From Candidatus Poribacteria bacterium (lineage in GTDB: Bacteria; Poribacteria; WGA-4E; WGA-3G): a stretch of 64,000 nucleotides of DNA. Shown here piece by piece: positions 33,330 through 43,736 of this stretch; within the stretch, counting starts at the first letter, position 1; every line of letters starts with the position of its first letter. The stretch is taken from NCBI GenBank assembly GCA_965198235.1, contig OZ240248.1:3264001-3328000 (forward strand), read 5' to 3'. The notes beneath the pieces were generated by a model. The model was not told the DNA's origin. It searched no databases and saw only the letters and a list, made by a program, of their open reading frames with translations. Position numbers and translations under genes: made by a program.

Positions 33330-36300
33330 TTACAATGGCGGCAAATTGTTCACAATCTCCATCGTCCGGAGGCTGACGGTAATAACACGCCCGATCAAAT
33401 CTACAGTATACTGAGGTTCCTCCGAACGATTCGGATCGTTCCAAATACCGCTCCGTTTGTCTACCTTCACGCGATACTGATCTACGACCCATTCCACTGC
33501 CGATCGACTTCCTAACCGATAGTCAAACGCTTCCGGTGGGATGCCCACCAACGTGAAATAGTCATTGTAATGAATCTGGGTTTTATCCTTGGAAAACCGC
33601 ATTTTCTCTACTTGCCAATCTATTCTTGGCAGAGTCGATGTTTCCTGCAGCTGCAGTTTCTCATATTTCGGGACGGATTCATAGTTGACATGGAGGTCTG
33701 CTAACGCTGCACCTGCCTTCGCGAAACCCCAGAAATCTTTAACGAACGGAATATGTGGCAAGTCGCGCTTGAGGTTCGCCTGATATTTTTCGCAGTAGTC
33801 GGGATGGTGCAAGAGGGCGTAAGTATAGTGGAAGATGTCCCACTTGGTGAGGGTATCGTCTCCGTAGTGGGTTTGAAATTCTGCCAACGCCCAATCGGTG
33901 ATGTTTTCTTGGCGGTTTGTGCTGTCCTCGTCGTAGGTGTAAAAGGGGAAACATTGGGCGTCACCTGTGATATGGTAATCTGGAATTACATTAACCATTA
34001 ATGTGTGAAAAGACGCGCTTGTTCTTGACACATTGATACAAATAACCTGATTCTCTTTTTCTGCCTCCGGTGTAGGAAAGGTGGTAGGGAATATAGACAT
34101 TCGGTGGTTGAGTGTATTGTCAAAGCATAGATTCATTTTTGTAAACGGACGAAAAAGGGACACTCGGCATTTTGATTCGGTAGATTCAGCGAGTTCTCCC
34201 CGTTCCAGTTTCAGCTTTAAGCCAGAACTCCACTTAATTTGGGTGTCATCATATTCCACAAAGTCATCAACATCCCGCACGTTTTGTGAGGTTCCTCGCC
34301 ACTTAAGCACGTGCATGTTGTAAAAGTCGCTCATCCGCTTTACGTTTTGGATTAGCGTATTTTCGTTAAAATTGTAGAGCCATGCATCTCTGCTGGTCTG
34401 TAACCCGACACCAAATGTATCGAAAATTGTGCGGACTCCCACCTTTCTCTTTCCTTTTGTTTTTTTACTTCCCATCGGAATAAAAGTATCAAACTCGGCA
34501 TGGAGTCCTTCTGTCAGCCAAGTGTGCCTTGTATCAATCTTCGCTTGTTTTACCGGAACGTTTGTGTAGTCACCGAAGTCGGTTAGAAGTTTCTGCTTTT
34601 CGCGTGCTTTCAAATAGTCGTCAACAGAATAGATCCAAACTTCGGCGGGTTCAGATATCACCTCTGCCGTTTTGATGAAGAAAGTAATCCCAACTCCAAC
34701 CCGTATCTGATCATCAAAAACATTGCCTCCCTCCTGTCGGCGGCGTTCCCCTGAAGTACGTGCATTTCCTTTTAGATCAATGTGATAAATTTTAGTGAAA
34801 TCCTGTGCGAGGTGTTTCCGCATCCCATCGAACGCGAGGCCGTCGAGAAAACCGTTATTCGTCACAAACGCAACAATACCTTCCGCGCCAATGCGTTTTG
34901 ATGCCCACAATATCGCCTTCACATAAGGGTCGGAAAGGGCGTTTTTATTCGTCGCCTTGGAGTCTTGCGAATACGTCTCGCGCACGAACTTGGCTATCCT
35001 CTTATACGGTCGATTCTTGTTGTTGTCGTTCTCATTCACCTGTCCAACGTTGTAAGGCGGATTACCGATAACAACGAACATATCTGCCCCCTTCTGTTTT
35101 TCGACCCGTTCCGTGTTTTCTTGCGTGAAGAGTTGTATCTGTTGCTCCTCAAGCAACTCAAATGTGTCTGTAAGGGCGATCCCTTCAAACGGTAGATATG
35201 TCCCCGTCCGTTGGAAATACTCATACTCAATGTTCAGACTCGCAACGTAATAGGGCAATAACAGAATCTCGTTGCAATATAGGGCATTGCGGTATTTATC
35301 TTCAAGAGTTGTTGCTTGGATGTCCTGCAGGAGCCGGACGATAAAGTTGCCCGTCCCAACGAAGGGATCGATAATATGAACACCCGGATCAGACAACGAC
35401 CTGTCAAATTCGGTTTCCAAGATGTGTGCGACGCTTTTCACCATGAAATCAACAATCGGTTGTGGTGTATAGACAATGCCGTGTGTGTCTGCGACCTCTA
35501 CGGAGAATCCCTGAAAAAACTGCTCATAGACAGTGTCAAGGAATTGCTGTTTCTGCGAGAAATCTTGACAGAGCAGGGCTGCTTGTTCAATGGCGAGATA
35601 GAACGGGTTCAGCACTTTGAGGAAGGCATCGCGACTATACGTCTGTCCGATGAGTACTTCAATGACGTTTTCAATCTCGCGTGCAATGGTGTTCCGACGC
35701 GTGAAGTCTGGATTATTAAAGACAGTGCGGAAGATGCGTTCGGTTAACAGGTGTTGGATGAGCATCTCCTCAACGGCGGCTTTAGAGAGATTTGGGTTAA
35801 TCGCGGCGCGGCACTGTTCGTAGAAATTTGTGAATGCGGTGACAAATCGCGGGTTGGTTTCGTGTTGCTCGGTTATCAGTTCTGCGGCTTTTCTCCCGAG
35901 TGCGGGGACCTTCTCTTTGAATTCAGCAACGGCGGCGTGCCAGTTTGCGAGCGCAGCGGGAGGCGCAGCAAAGAGGTGTTGGAGTGCCGTAATCAGGCGA
36001 GTCGGATCAGTGATGTCTACATCAAAGACCTGTTCTCCGTTTTGATAGAGGATGCCGTGCTGTGGGTTTTGGAAGAAAATGTTATCAAGCGGATAGCCCG
36101 CGTCCCGTTTCTCCAGCACGGCTTTGTAGAGATTATCCTCCATATCCTTCGCTTCCCAGTAGGCGAACGGGAGTCCATACTCGTCGAGGATCACGCCGTC
36201 GATGACGATGCGATTGCCTTTTGACGTGTGCATTGTGTATTGCGGAACGAGCGTGGCGTTTACCTGTTTTGCACAGGTTTGCAGAAGTGTATCAAAGGGG

Positions 36301-36407
36301 GAACTAACCGCGCCTTCGTGTGTGATAGCGTGCTTTTCGTACTGTTGCAGCGTGGTGTAGTAGTCGCGGATTGCTTTATGGTTGGGTTTGAGATTGAGTT
36401 TCGGCAT
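33330..36407 (-). CDS. Type ISP/IIG-like restriction-modification enzyme (nuclease-like N-terminus, N6-adenine MTase, LlaBIII-type TRD; no helicase)
   Basis: IDG...YWEAKD, HGIVYTPQPIVDFMV, IIDPFVGTGNF, VIGNPPY, FVTNNGFLDG, DLKGNAR, QTSRDAW, DIFHY.YALLH, YRLGSRSAVEWVVDQY. Confidence 0.9.
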   Translation of the reverse strand: MPKLNLKPNHKAIRDYYTTLQQYEKHAITHEGAVSSPFDTLLQTCAKQVNATLVPQYTMHTSKGNRIVIDGVILDEYGLPFAYWEAKDMEDNLYKAVLEKRDAGYPLDNIFFQNPQHGILYQNGEQVFDVDITDPTRLITALQHLFAAPPAALANWHAAVAEFKEKVPALGRKAAELITEQHETNPRFVTAFTNFYEQCRAAINPNLSKAAVEEMLIQHLLTERIFRTVFNNPDFTRRNTIAREIENVIEVLIGQTYSRDAFLKVLNPFYLAIEQAALLCQDFSQKQQFLDTVYEQFFQGFSVEVADTHGIVYTPQPIVDFMVKSVAHILETEFDRSLSDPGVHIIDPFVGTGNFIVRLLQDIQATTLEDKYRNALYCNEILLLPYYVASLNIEYEYFQRTGTYLPFEGIALTDTFELLEEQQIQLFTQENTERVEKQKGADMFVVIGNPPYNVGQVNENDNNKNRPYKRIAKFVRETYSQDSKATNKNALSDPYVKAILWASKRIGAEGIVAFVTNNGFLDGLAFDGMRKHLAQDFTKIYHIDLKGNARTSGERRRQEGGNVFDDQIRVGVGITFFIKTAEVISEPAEVWIYSVDDYLKAREKQKLLTDFGDYTNVPVKQAKIDTRHTWLTEGLHAEFDTFIPMGSKKTKGKRKVGVRTIFDTFGVGLQTSRDAWLYNFNENTLIQNVKRMSDFYNMHVLKWRGTSQNVRDVDDFVEYDDTQIKWSSGLKLKLERGELAESTESKCRVSLFRPFTKMNLCFDNTLNHRMSIFPTTFPTPEAEKENQVICINVSRTSASFHTLMVNVIPDYHITGDAQCFPFYTYDEDSTNRQENITDWALAEFQTHYGDDTLTKWDIFHYTYALLHHPDYCEKYQANLKRDLPHIPFVKDFWGFAKAGAALADLHVNYESVPKYEKLQLQETSTLPRIDWQVEKMRFSKDKTQIHYNDYFTLVGIPPEAFDYRLGSRSAVEWVVDQYRVKVDKRSGIWNDPNRSEEPQYTVDLIGRVITVSLRTMEIVNNLPPL

Positions 36408-36469
36408 AGGTGTATGTTAACAGGTTTTTGGAACATAAATCAAGCAGAAAATGAGAACCATCAAAAGCA

Positions 36470-36499
36470 TTGCCAACATCTGTCAAAGTATGCTATAAT
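36470..36499 (+). promoter_or_regulatory. Sigma-70 promoter
   Basis: TTGCCA-N18-TATAAT with extended -10 TG, upstream of the TonB receptor. Confidence 0.55.
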
Positions 36500-36544
36500 T
36501 GATATATTAGAGCCGATAGATTTAAGCCTCTGAGGTGCGACTGA

Positions 36545-38575
36545 ATGTTCAATGCCAATTTTCTGAGACCAGTGTATTTGGCTTTTTACACTCTGTTTTT
36601 TGGGGTAATGGGTCCGTTTACTGCTCTCGCGGAAGATGGTACCGCGCCTGTGCAATTAGAGAAGATTGTTGTAACGCCGGGTCGTTTTACAATTTACGAT
36701 GGCGCGTCGGCGAAAATCTCCCTATCTAAGCAGGAGATTGAACGTTTTCCACTAATTGACAACGATGTAATGCGCGCAGGTCATATTTTCCCAGGTGTGG
36801 CTTCGAGTGATTATAGCACGCGCTTCAGTGTGCGAGGGGGCGAGAAAGACGATATTTCGGTCAGATTGGATGGGATGGAACTCTATAATCCTTATCATCT
36901 TCAGGATTTCGGTGGCGCAGTCTCGCTGATAGGTTTGGAGCTCATTCAAAACACCAATTTGCTGATAGGTGGGTTTCCTGCGGAATATGGAGAGAAAATG
37001 TCCGGTGTCTTTGACATCACGACGAGGACACCAAACGCTGAGAAATTTTCCGCCAATTTCGGGGTAGACTTGATTAACGCAACAGCCACTCTGGAGGGAC
37101 CCCTCTCGAAAAAAGGGAGTTGGCTCCTGTCAGCCCGCCGTGGGTATGTCGATCTGATTCTCATGCTCATGGATGTCGATGAAAACTATAAACCGCAATA
37201 CGCTGACATCTACAGCAAATTGACTTATCAAGTTACCCCGAGGGATACAGTCACGTTAAATGGTTTATACGGATGGGATAAGAATCGGATTCGTGTAGAC
37301 GATGTAGACAATAACTTAGATTCCCGATACGACAATTCGACAACTTGGGCGAAGTGGCGGCATATTTTTGGGGATTCGCATTGGACGGACCTTTTTATTT
37401 TCGCTGGCACATCCAGTCAGGATAGAACGACAGGGAAAGCAGATTTTGATAATCGCAATTTCGGGTTCTTCGGTACAAAAGCAGAACTTACCGCAAATCT
37501 TTTTGACAAGCACACCCTCCGCAGTGGTGTTACATGGCGTTGGTTGACTGCGCGGTATCAATATGATGTTCAGGAACGGCAGGCGGGTATAAACGTCTAC
37601 AAGCCAATTCTCGCTGATATTGACGATAAGGGAAGTGAATTCAATCTATTTCTCCAAGATGAGTGGCAGCTCCATTCCAAACTTGCGCTCAATGTCGGGG
37701 GACATTACCTCTACCAGCATTATCGGGAGGAAGGTATTCAGCGTTATGAAGTTGGGCCGCGAGTCGCACTTGCCGTGAAACCGACGAAGAATCTCGTTTT
37801 ACGGGGGGCTTGGGGTATTTATCATCAACCCGTTCACCTGATGGGAATTCCAGTCGAAGATGGCATTGAAATGGTCGGACGTGCGGAGCAAGCTGTGCAT
37901 TACATACTCGGGGTTGAGTATACCCCTGTCGATAGTTTCTTGGTGCGTGTTGAAGGCTATTACAATACTTTTGATAATCTCGTTGGACGGCTTCGTGAGT
38001 TTGGAAGGCAGAATCAGATATTTAACTCGCCTGAGTCTGGAGATGCCAGAGGTGTTGATGTATTCATGACGCATGCAGTATCAAATCGTTTGACGTGGAC
38101 ACTCGGCTATGCCTATGGGATCGCAGAAGAGATCGCAAATGGAACAAAACGCTTCCGTCAATATGATCGGCGGCATTCTTTCGCTGTTAGCAGTAGTTAT
38201 CAGTTTGCACCGACTTGGTATCTCTATCTGAGTTGGCGTTTCCATACAGGTGAGCCGAGAACCCCTCTCATTCACAAGGAAGTTAGGTTACCTGACGGCA
38301 GTATTGTCTGTGATCGGCAGTTTGGTGATATACACTCAGCGCGGATGCCTGCCTACCACAGTCTCGATTTTCGTATTACAAAACGGAGCCCTTATCGACG
38401 ATGGGAGTTGTCTTGGTATTTTCAAATATTGAACTTGTATAACCATGCTAATCTGGACCAGTATGCTTTTAGTCAACTACGCGATGAAGGGACAGATGCT
38501 GTTATCGGATGTGCGATTGAAGAAGAGCCTCTCTTTCCGATTGTCCCTACATTAGGGGTTACCGTAACCTTCTGA
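36545..38575 (+). CDS. TonB-dependent outer-membrane receptor
   Basis: Signal peptide, TonB box LEKIVVT, plug motifs FSVRGG / LDGMELYNPYH / GGFPAEYG, beta-barrel strands, C-terminal Phe. Confidence 0.92.
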   Translation: MFNANFLRPVYLAFYTLFFGVMGPFTALAEDGTAPVQLEKIVVTPGRFTIYDGASAKISLSKQEIERFPLIDNDVMRAGHIFPGVASSDYSTRFSVRGGEKDDISVRLDGMELYNPYHLQDFGGAVSLIGLELIQNTNLLIGGFPAEYGEKMSGVFDITTRTPNAEKFSANFGVDLINATATLEGPLSKKGSWLLSARRGYVDLILMLMDVDENYKPQYADIYSKLTYQVTPRDTVTLNGLYGWDKNRIRVDDVDNNLDSRYDNSTTWAKWRHIFGDSHWTDLFIFAGTSSQDRTTGKADFDNRNFGFFGTKAELTANLFDKHTLRSGVTWRWLTARYQYDVQERQAGINVYKPILADIDDKGSEFNLFLQDEWQLHSKLALNVGGHYLYQHYREEGIQRYEVGPRVALAVKPTKNLVLRGAWGIYHQPVHLMGIPVEDGIEMVGRAEQAVHYILGVEYTPVDSFLVRVEGYYNTFDNLVGRLREFGRQNQIFNSPESGDARGVDVFMTHAVSNRLTWTLGYAYGIAEEIANGTKRFRQYDRRHSFAVSSSYQFAPTWYLYLSWRFHTGEPRTPLIHKEVRLPDGSIVCDRQFGDIHSARMPAYHSLDFRITKRSPYRRWELSWYFQILNLYNHANLDQYAFSQLRDEGTDAVIGCAIEEEPLFPIVPTLGVTVTF

Positions 38576-38629
38576 GCACATACAACTGTAGTTTCTTCCT
38601 ATAGAAACCCCCTTGGAGAGAACTGAAAA

Positions 38630-39073
38630 ATGTTCAATCATATCCAAAAAGCAGTAAAAAGGATCTGGCGACGGTATATCAGGAATTTGCAAGATCGGAG
38701 ATTACCGAAGGTTGCACCCAGTGTAGCAGAGGCGATTCTTCCGTTAGAGACGGACACGTACGCTATTGCACCGAATCAGCTCAAGGACATGATGAACAGA
38801 GGCACGCCCTTCGTTTTGTTGGATGTCCGGGAAGAATGGGAGTATCAGATGGTTCACCTTGAAGGTACTGTATGGATTCCCTTCGGCGAGTTGCCAAGGC
38901 GTTGTAGCGAAATTACCCCAGGAGTTGAGGTCGTCGTTTATTGTCACTGGGGCATGCGGAGCCTTGACGCAGCTTTTCTTTTGCAACAACTCGGTTTCAA
39001 ATCGGTGAAGAGTTTAATCGGCGGTATTGATCGGTGGGCACGGGAAATAGATACACAAATGCCGCGGTATTAG
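38630..39073 (+). CDS. Rhodanese-like sulfurtransferase domain protein
   Basis: LLDVREEWEY, VVYCHWGMRS, SLIGGIDRWA, ends MPRY. Confidence 0.88.
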   Translation: MFNHIQKAVKRIWRRYIRNLQDRRLPKVAPSVAEAILPLETDTYAIAPNQLKDMMNRGTPFVLLDVREEWEYQMVHLEGTVWIPFGELPRRCSEITPGVEVVVYCHWGMRSLDAAFLLQQLGFKSVKSLIGGIDRWAREIDTQMPRY

Positions 39074-40455
39074 CTTTTAAAATCTTGGCTTTGAAGACCA
39101 TATTTCTGCATCCGGTGCTGAAGTTTACGTCGCGAAATCCCCAACAGTTTTGCCCCTTGAATCTGGTTCCCATTGCTTTTTGCTAACGCACTGCAGACGT
39201 ATTCCTTGATAATTTCATCAAGGGAAACCCCTTCCTCAGGAATATCAAATTCAACGTCGGTGGTTGGAAGCGACGTGTCTAAAATCTCCGGAGGCAACTC
39301 ATCTTTATCGATCACCTCATTTTCTGATAGTACAAAAATGCGATGGAGGTAATTTTCTAATTGCCGGATGTTACCGGGCCAGTGATACCGTCTGAGCACA
39401 GACATCGCCTGTGGTGTAACCTGTTTGGGGAGTGCCTCTGCATATTCGCTGCTAAACTTCTGGATGAGGTAATTCACGAGTAATGGAATGTCCTCTGAAT
39501 GCTCTCGAAGTGGTGGAATATGGAGCGGAATAACATTCAGACGAAAATAGAGGTCTTCGCGAAACGCGCTGTTTCGAACTGCCTGGATGAGATTTTTGTT
39601 TGTTGCAGCAATCACACAGACATCTACTTTAATGTTCCGAGTCCCACCGACTCGCCGTATCTCACGTTCCTCAAGGACATGCAGCAGTTTACTCTGTGTT
39701 TGGATCGGAAGATCCCCGATTTCATCAAGAAAAAGTATCCCTTCGTTTGCGACTTCAAAAAGTCCTTTCTTTTGATGTGCTGCGTCTGTGAACGCCCCTT
39801 TTTCATGTCCAAATAATTCACTTTCAATAAGGGTTTCGGGAATTGCCCCGCAGTTAATCGAAATGAACGGCTTGTTTTTTCGCGGACCGTGTTTGTGAAG
39901 TGCACGCGCAATGAGGCTTTTACCAGAGCCCGTTTCGCCTGTGATGAGAACTTGTGTAACACTACGGTGCAAAATCCGAGCCATGTTTTTGAAAAGATCC
40001 TGCATTTTCTCGCTATCACCCACAATTTCATCAATCTGGATTTCTGGTGTTGAGTCATCGCTTTCTTCTTCGATGCTGCGGAGCGCACCGCGAGTCTGTA
40101 GCGCGTGTTTCACTTCCCGTTTCAGGACTTCGATTTGAATGGGTTTCTCAAGATAATAGAACGCGCCTTCGTGCGCAACAAGATTAACAGCGTCGTTTAG
40201 CTCCGCAAACGCTGTCATGATAAGCACTGGCAGGTCCGGATCGGTCCGCTTTATTTCCCGAAGCAGATCTCTACCCTCAAATCGGGAGGACATCCACATA
40301 TCACTGATGACGAGGTCAAACATCTGTTTCTCTAAGTTATCAAGCGCGGCTTTGCTGTCTTCAACGGTTTCAACTGTGTACCCTTCGCGTTTCAAAATAC
40401 GCTGTAAAATTGTCAGTTGTGCTTGGTCGTCGTCTACAATCAGTATTGATGCCAT
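39070..40455 (-). CDS. Sigma-54-dependent response regulator (NtrC/AtoC family)
   Basis: REC domain ILIVDDD...ISDMWM; GETGSGKS, ESELFGHEKGAFTDA, FREDLYFRLNV, WPGNIRQL; Fis-type HTH. Confidence 0.95.
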   Translation of the reverse strand: MASILIVDDDQAQLTILQRILKREGYTVETVEDSKAALDNLEKQMFDLVISDMWMSSRFEGRDLLREIKRTDPDLPVLIMTAFAELNDAVNLVAHEGAFYYLEKPIQIEVLKREVKHALQTRGALRSIEEESDDSTPEIQIDEIVGDSEKMQDLFKNMARILHRSVTQVLITGETGSGKSLIARALHKHGPRKNKPFISINCGAIPETLIESELFGHEKGAFTDAAHQKKGLFEVANEGILFLDEIGDLPIQTQSKLLHVLEEREIRRVGGTRNIKVDVCVIAATNKNLIQAVRNSAFREDLYFRLNVIPLHIPPLREHSEDIPLLVNYLIQKFSSEYAEALPKQVTPQAMSVLRRYHWPGNIRQLENYLHRIFVLSENEVIDKDELPPEILDTSLPTTDVEFDIPEEGVSLDEIIKEYVCSALAKSNGNQIQGAKLLGISRRKLQHRMQKYGLQSQDFKS

Positions 40456-40488
40456 CGTTTTGGTTCTCCTGTCATTTAAGCCGGGAAT

Positions 40489-42045
40489 TTATAGCAGTTT
40501 ATCCTCATTCAGCGGGAAACTGATTTTAAAAGCGGTTCCCATTCCCATTTTGCTTCGGACTTCAATTTTACCTTTATGAGCCGTGATAATTTGGTGCGAA
40601 ACGGCAAGACCGAGTCCTATGCCGCCCGCGGCATCTTTGGTTGTGAAATACGCGTCGTAAATTTGTTCCTGAATTTCTTCTGGGATGCCGATGCCGGTAT
40701 CTCTGATTTCAACCACCGCATCTCTCGTGTTCTGATCTATCTGTTCCACAAGGGTTGTGATGTAGATGCTACCGCCTTTCGGCATTGCTTGGATACTGTT
40801 TTGCACAAAATTGAAGAGCGTCTGTCGCATTAAGGCAGCATCCAGCTGGACATCCGGTAGATTTTCATCATAATTTCTGATGACTTGAACTTTGGCTTCC
40901 TCGGCGATCAGCGCGAATTCAGATAAAACTTGCTCCACGAGAGCATTGAGGTTTACCGGTTCTACATTCAATCTTCTGGGTCGATTTAAAGTGAGAAACT
41001 GCTCTGAAGTTTGCTTCAGTTCTACTATTTTTTTGTCAACGATCTCTAATAGTTCTTTTGCCTCCTCAATATCGTCCTGGCTCACTTTTCGTTGCGAGAA
41101 AACAGATTTTAGGTGCTGGGCAGTCATCCCGATTGAATTGAGTGGGTTCCGAATTTCATGTGCCACACCAGCGGCGAATTGCCCTAACGCATCAATCCGT
41201 TTTGAATGCGAGTCTCGTAGTTGCCACAGCATCCTTACGAGGTTATGGGTTGCTCTACCCAGTTCATCCGACGAGTATGTTTGATCAAGTGATAGATTTC
41301 CACTTTCAGCGCTCTGTATAATACGAGTCATCCGTTCTAATGGCTTCATAATCAGATGATTCGTCGTTAGATCGATCAAAATTACGAGAAGGGCACCGAC
41401 AATCACAATCAATATCGCATGCATTAGCAATGAATATCGAATTGATTTGCCGATATAAGGAACGTCGAAAAGTACTTGTATGTAGCCAGAGACTCTCCAC
41501 CCAACATCGTATAGCAGAGTTCCTTCGCCGAGTATGGGTTCGGCGTAATCGCGAGGCTCTAACTCAATTGTTGGCTTTGGCGATGTCAAATTGACGGTGT
41601 ATTTGATGACAATAGCTGTTGCGTTCTGTCCTTCTATCGTGTGTATCGTTGCACCCTTTGTCTCAATTTGCTCAAGATCCAGTGAGTCAAGATTTATGTC
41701 AACAGCATCTTCACCGGCAAGCAGACTGGAACGAATACGGGTATCGTTCAAGGAGATGTGGACATTCAGCACATCTTGCATATCTGGATGTTCCCGCTTG
41801 AGTCTATTCAGGACCTGATCCAGTCGTTGGGCATCAAACCGCTTTGTGGTTTCGATTTCTCTCACAACAGCGTCAAGAATCGTGTTCTCGGTGATTTTCT
41901 TCAACTCGGCACCACGTTCTGCACCCAAGGCGTGAAGGGCATTCATATCATTTCGGACACGGATGCTATCGAAAAAGTAAAACGCCACGAGGATTGCTAT
42001 GACACAGAGATTAATAACAAGGGAGTACTTCCATTGGAGTCGCAT
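40489..42045 (-). CDS. Sensor histidine kinase (HAMP, HisKA, HATPase)
   Basis: Two TMs, HAMP, AGVAHEIRNPL, NFVQNSIQAM, DTGIGI, YFTTK, GLGL. Confidence 0.95.
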   Translation of the reverse strand: MRLQWKYSLVINLCVIAILVAFYFFDSIRVRNDMNALHALGAERGAELKKITENTILDAVVREIETTKRFDAQRLDQVLNRLKREHPDMQDVLNVHISLNDTRIRSSLLAGEDAVDINLDSLDLEQIETKGATIHTIEGQNATAIVIKYTVNLTSPKPTIELEPRDYAEPILGEGTLLYDVGWRVSGYIQVLFDVPYIGKSIRYSLLMHAILIVIVGALLVILIDLTTNHLIMKPLERMTRIIQSAESGNLSLDQTYSSDELGRATHNLVRMLWQLRDSHSKRIDALGQFAAGVAHEIRNPLNSIGMTAQHLKSVFSQRKVSQDDIEEAKELLEIVDKKIVELKQTSEQFLTLNRPRRLNVEPVNLNALVEQVLSEFALIAEEAKVQVIRNYDENLPDVQLDAALMRQTLFNFVQNSIQAMPKGGSIYITTLVEQIDQNTRDAVVEIRDTGIGIPEEIQEQIYDAYFTTKDAAGGIGLGLAVSHQIITAHKGKIEVRSKMGMGTAFKISFPLNEDKLL

Positions 42046-42046
42046 T

Positions 42047-43591
42047 TTAACTCATAATTCGTTGCACTGCCTTTTTCCACTGCGCGAGTTTTTCGTTGCG
42101 TTGCTTTGCGTCTATTTGTGGTGAGAAGACGCGAGCTTTAAGAGCGGAGCCTTCAAGTCTTGCTTGCTCGGCTCTATTTGCCTCAAGTTCTTCGATGTCG
42201 TTCCACACACCAGCTGTGATACCCGCAAGGTACGTAGCACCCAAGCCCGTTGATTCTATTTGTGCTGGACGTTCTACATTTATCCCTAAGATGTCAGCTT
42301 GAAACTGCATGAGGAAGTTGTTAGCAGCCGCACCACCGTCAACACGTAATTGCTCGAGTGTCATCTCTGCATCAGTCAACATTGCCCTAACGACATCTGC
42401 GGATTGATACGCAACTGACTCTAATGTGGCGCGGATGATTTGCTCGCGGGTACTCCCTCGCGTTAAGCCGAGGATAGCACCACGCGCATCGGAATCCCAA
42501 TAGGGCGCGCCAAGTCCGGTGAAGGCAGGAACAACAAAGACTTCCCCGGAATCCGGTATACGGGATGCAATTTCCTCCGTTTCCGACGCGCTCTTAATAA
42601 TTGCGATACCGTCTCGAAGCCATTGGACGGCAGCACCTGCGACAAATACGCTTCCCTCCAGCGCGTAAACGGGATTTTCGTCTAAGCTACAAGCGAGTGT
42701 TGTCAGCAGTCCAGTTTTTGTTGATACTTTTTCAGCACCTGTATTTAGCATGAGAAAACAGCCCGTCCCGTAGGTGTTTTTCGCCATACCGGGTTTGATG
42801 CACAATTGACCGAAGAGCGCGGCTTGCTGATCCCCTGCTATTCCGGTGATTGGAATCCCATCCAGAGATATATTTTTACCGAAGGTTTCAAGCCAAAAGT
42901 TCCGGTAGAAACTCGCTGTGCCGAAGTTGCTTGCAGAAGGACAAACTTCAGGTAAAATCGCTTTCGGAACGTTCAAAATTTCCAGAAGGGTTTCGTCCCA
43001 TGACAGTGTGTTGATATTAAAGAGCAGGGTCCGCGAGGCATTTGTGTAATCGGTTTTATGCACTGCCCCATCTGTTAATTTCCAAAGGAGCCACGTATCT
43101 ACGGTTCCGAATGCGAGTTCGCCACGTTCTGCACGTTCCCGAGCACCGCTAACGTGATCCAGGATCCATGCAACCTTTGTTCCGGAAAAATAGGCATCGA
43201 TGACGAGACCCGTTTTCGCCTTTATCTCTGCTGCAACTCCCTGTTTTTCAAGAAGAGCACATTTATCTGCAGTGCGACGGCACTGCCACACGATCGCAGG
43301 ATGAATCGGTTTACCTGTTTTCCTGTCCCAAACGAGTGTGGTTTCGCGTTGGTTTGCAATTCCAATAGCAACAATATTCAGGGCATTTTCTTTTGCAAAA
43401 AGTGCGTCTATTGCTTGTAAAGTGGCGTTCCAGATTTCCTCCGGATCGTGTTCTACCCAACCGGGATGGGGATAGTATTGTGTGAATTCTTGGTATCCTT
43501 GTGCGATAATGTTTCCCCGTACATCAACGAGGAGAGCAGTAGTTCCCGTTGTCCCTTGGTCGATCGAGAGGAGGCAAGCGGTATTCGGCAT
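42047..43591 (-). CDS. glpK: Glycerol kinase
   Basis: IDQGTTGT, GWVEHDP, NQRETT, YFSGTK, TDYTNASRT, GDQQAALFG, KNTYGTGCF, VDGGA. Confidence 0.96.
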   Translation of the reverse strand: MPNTACLLSIDQGTTGTTALLVDVRGNIIAQGYQEFTQYYPHPGWVEHDPEEIWNATLQAIDALFAKENALNIVAIGIANQRETTLVWDRKTGKPIHPAIVWQCRRTADKCALLEKQGVAAEIKAKTGLVIDAYFSGTKVAWILDHVSGARERAERGELAFGTVDTWLLWKLTDGAVHKTDYTNASRTLLFNINTLSWDETLLEILNVPKAILPEVCPSASNFGTASFYRNFWLETFGKNISLDGIPITGIAGDQQAALFGQLCIKPGMAKNTYGTGCFLMLNTGAEKVSTKTGLLTTLACSLDENPVYALEGSVFVAGAAVQWLRDGIAIIKSASETEEIASRIPDSGEVFVVPAFTGLGAPYWDSDARGAILGLTRGSTREQIIRATLESVAYQSADVVRAMLTDAEMTLEQLRVDGGAAANNFLMQFQADILGINVERPAQIESTGLGATYLAGITAGVWNDIEELEANRAEQARLEGSALKARVFSPQIDAKQRNEKLAQWKKAVQRIMS

Positions 43592-43706
43592 GCTGTGAGT
43601 GCTACTCCTAAGTGTTTTCTTTTAGAATAACACCGAGTCAGAAAAAAATCAAGTGAAAATCAGTGTACGCTCCACTTCGGATTTTAACGTTTTTTTCTAA
43701 TTCAGG

Positions 43707-43736
43707 TTGACATCGCGTCTGATGTTTTGCTATAAT
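43707..43736 (+). promoter_or_regulatory. Sigma-70 promoter
   Basis: TTGACA-N18-TATAAT with extended -10 TG; inverted repeat AATGTAT-N9-ATACATT just downstream (43754-43776). Confidence 0.7.
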
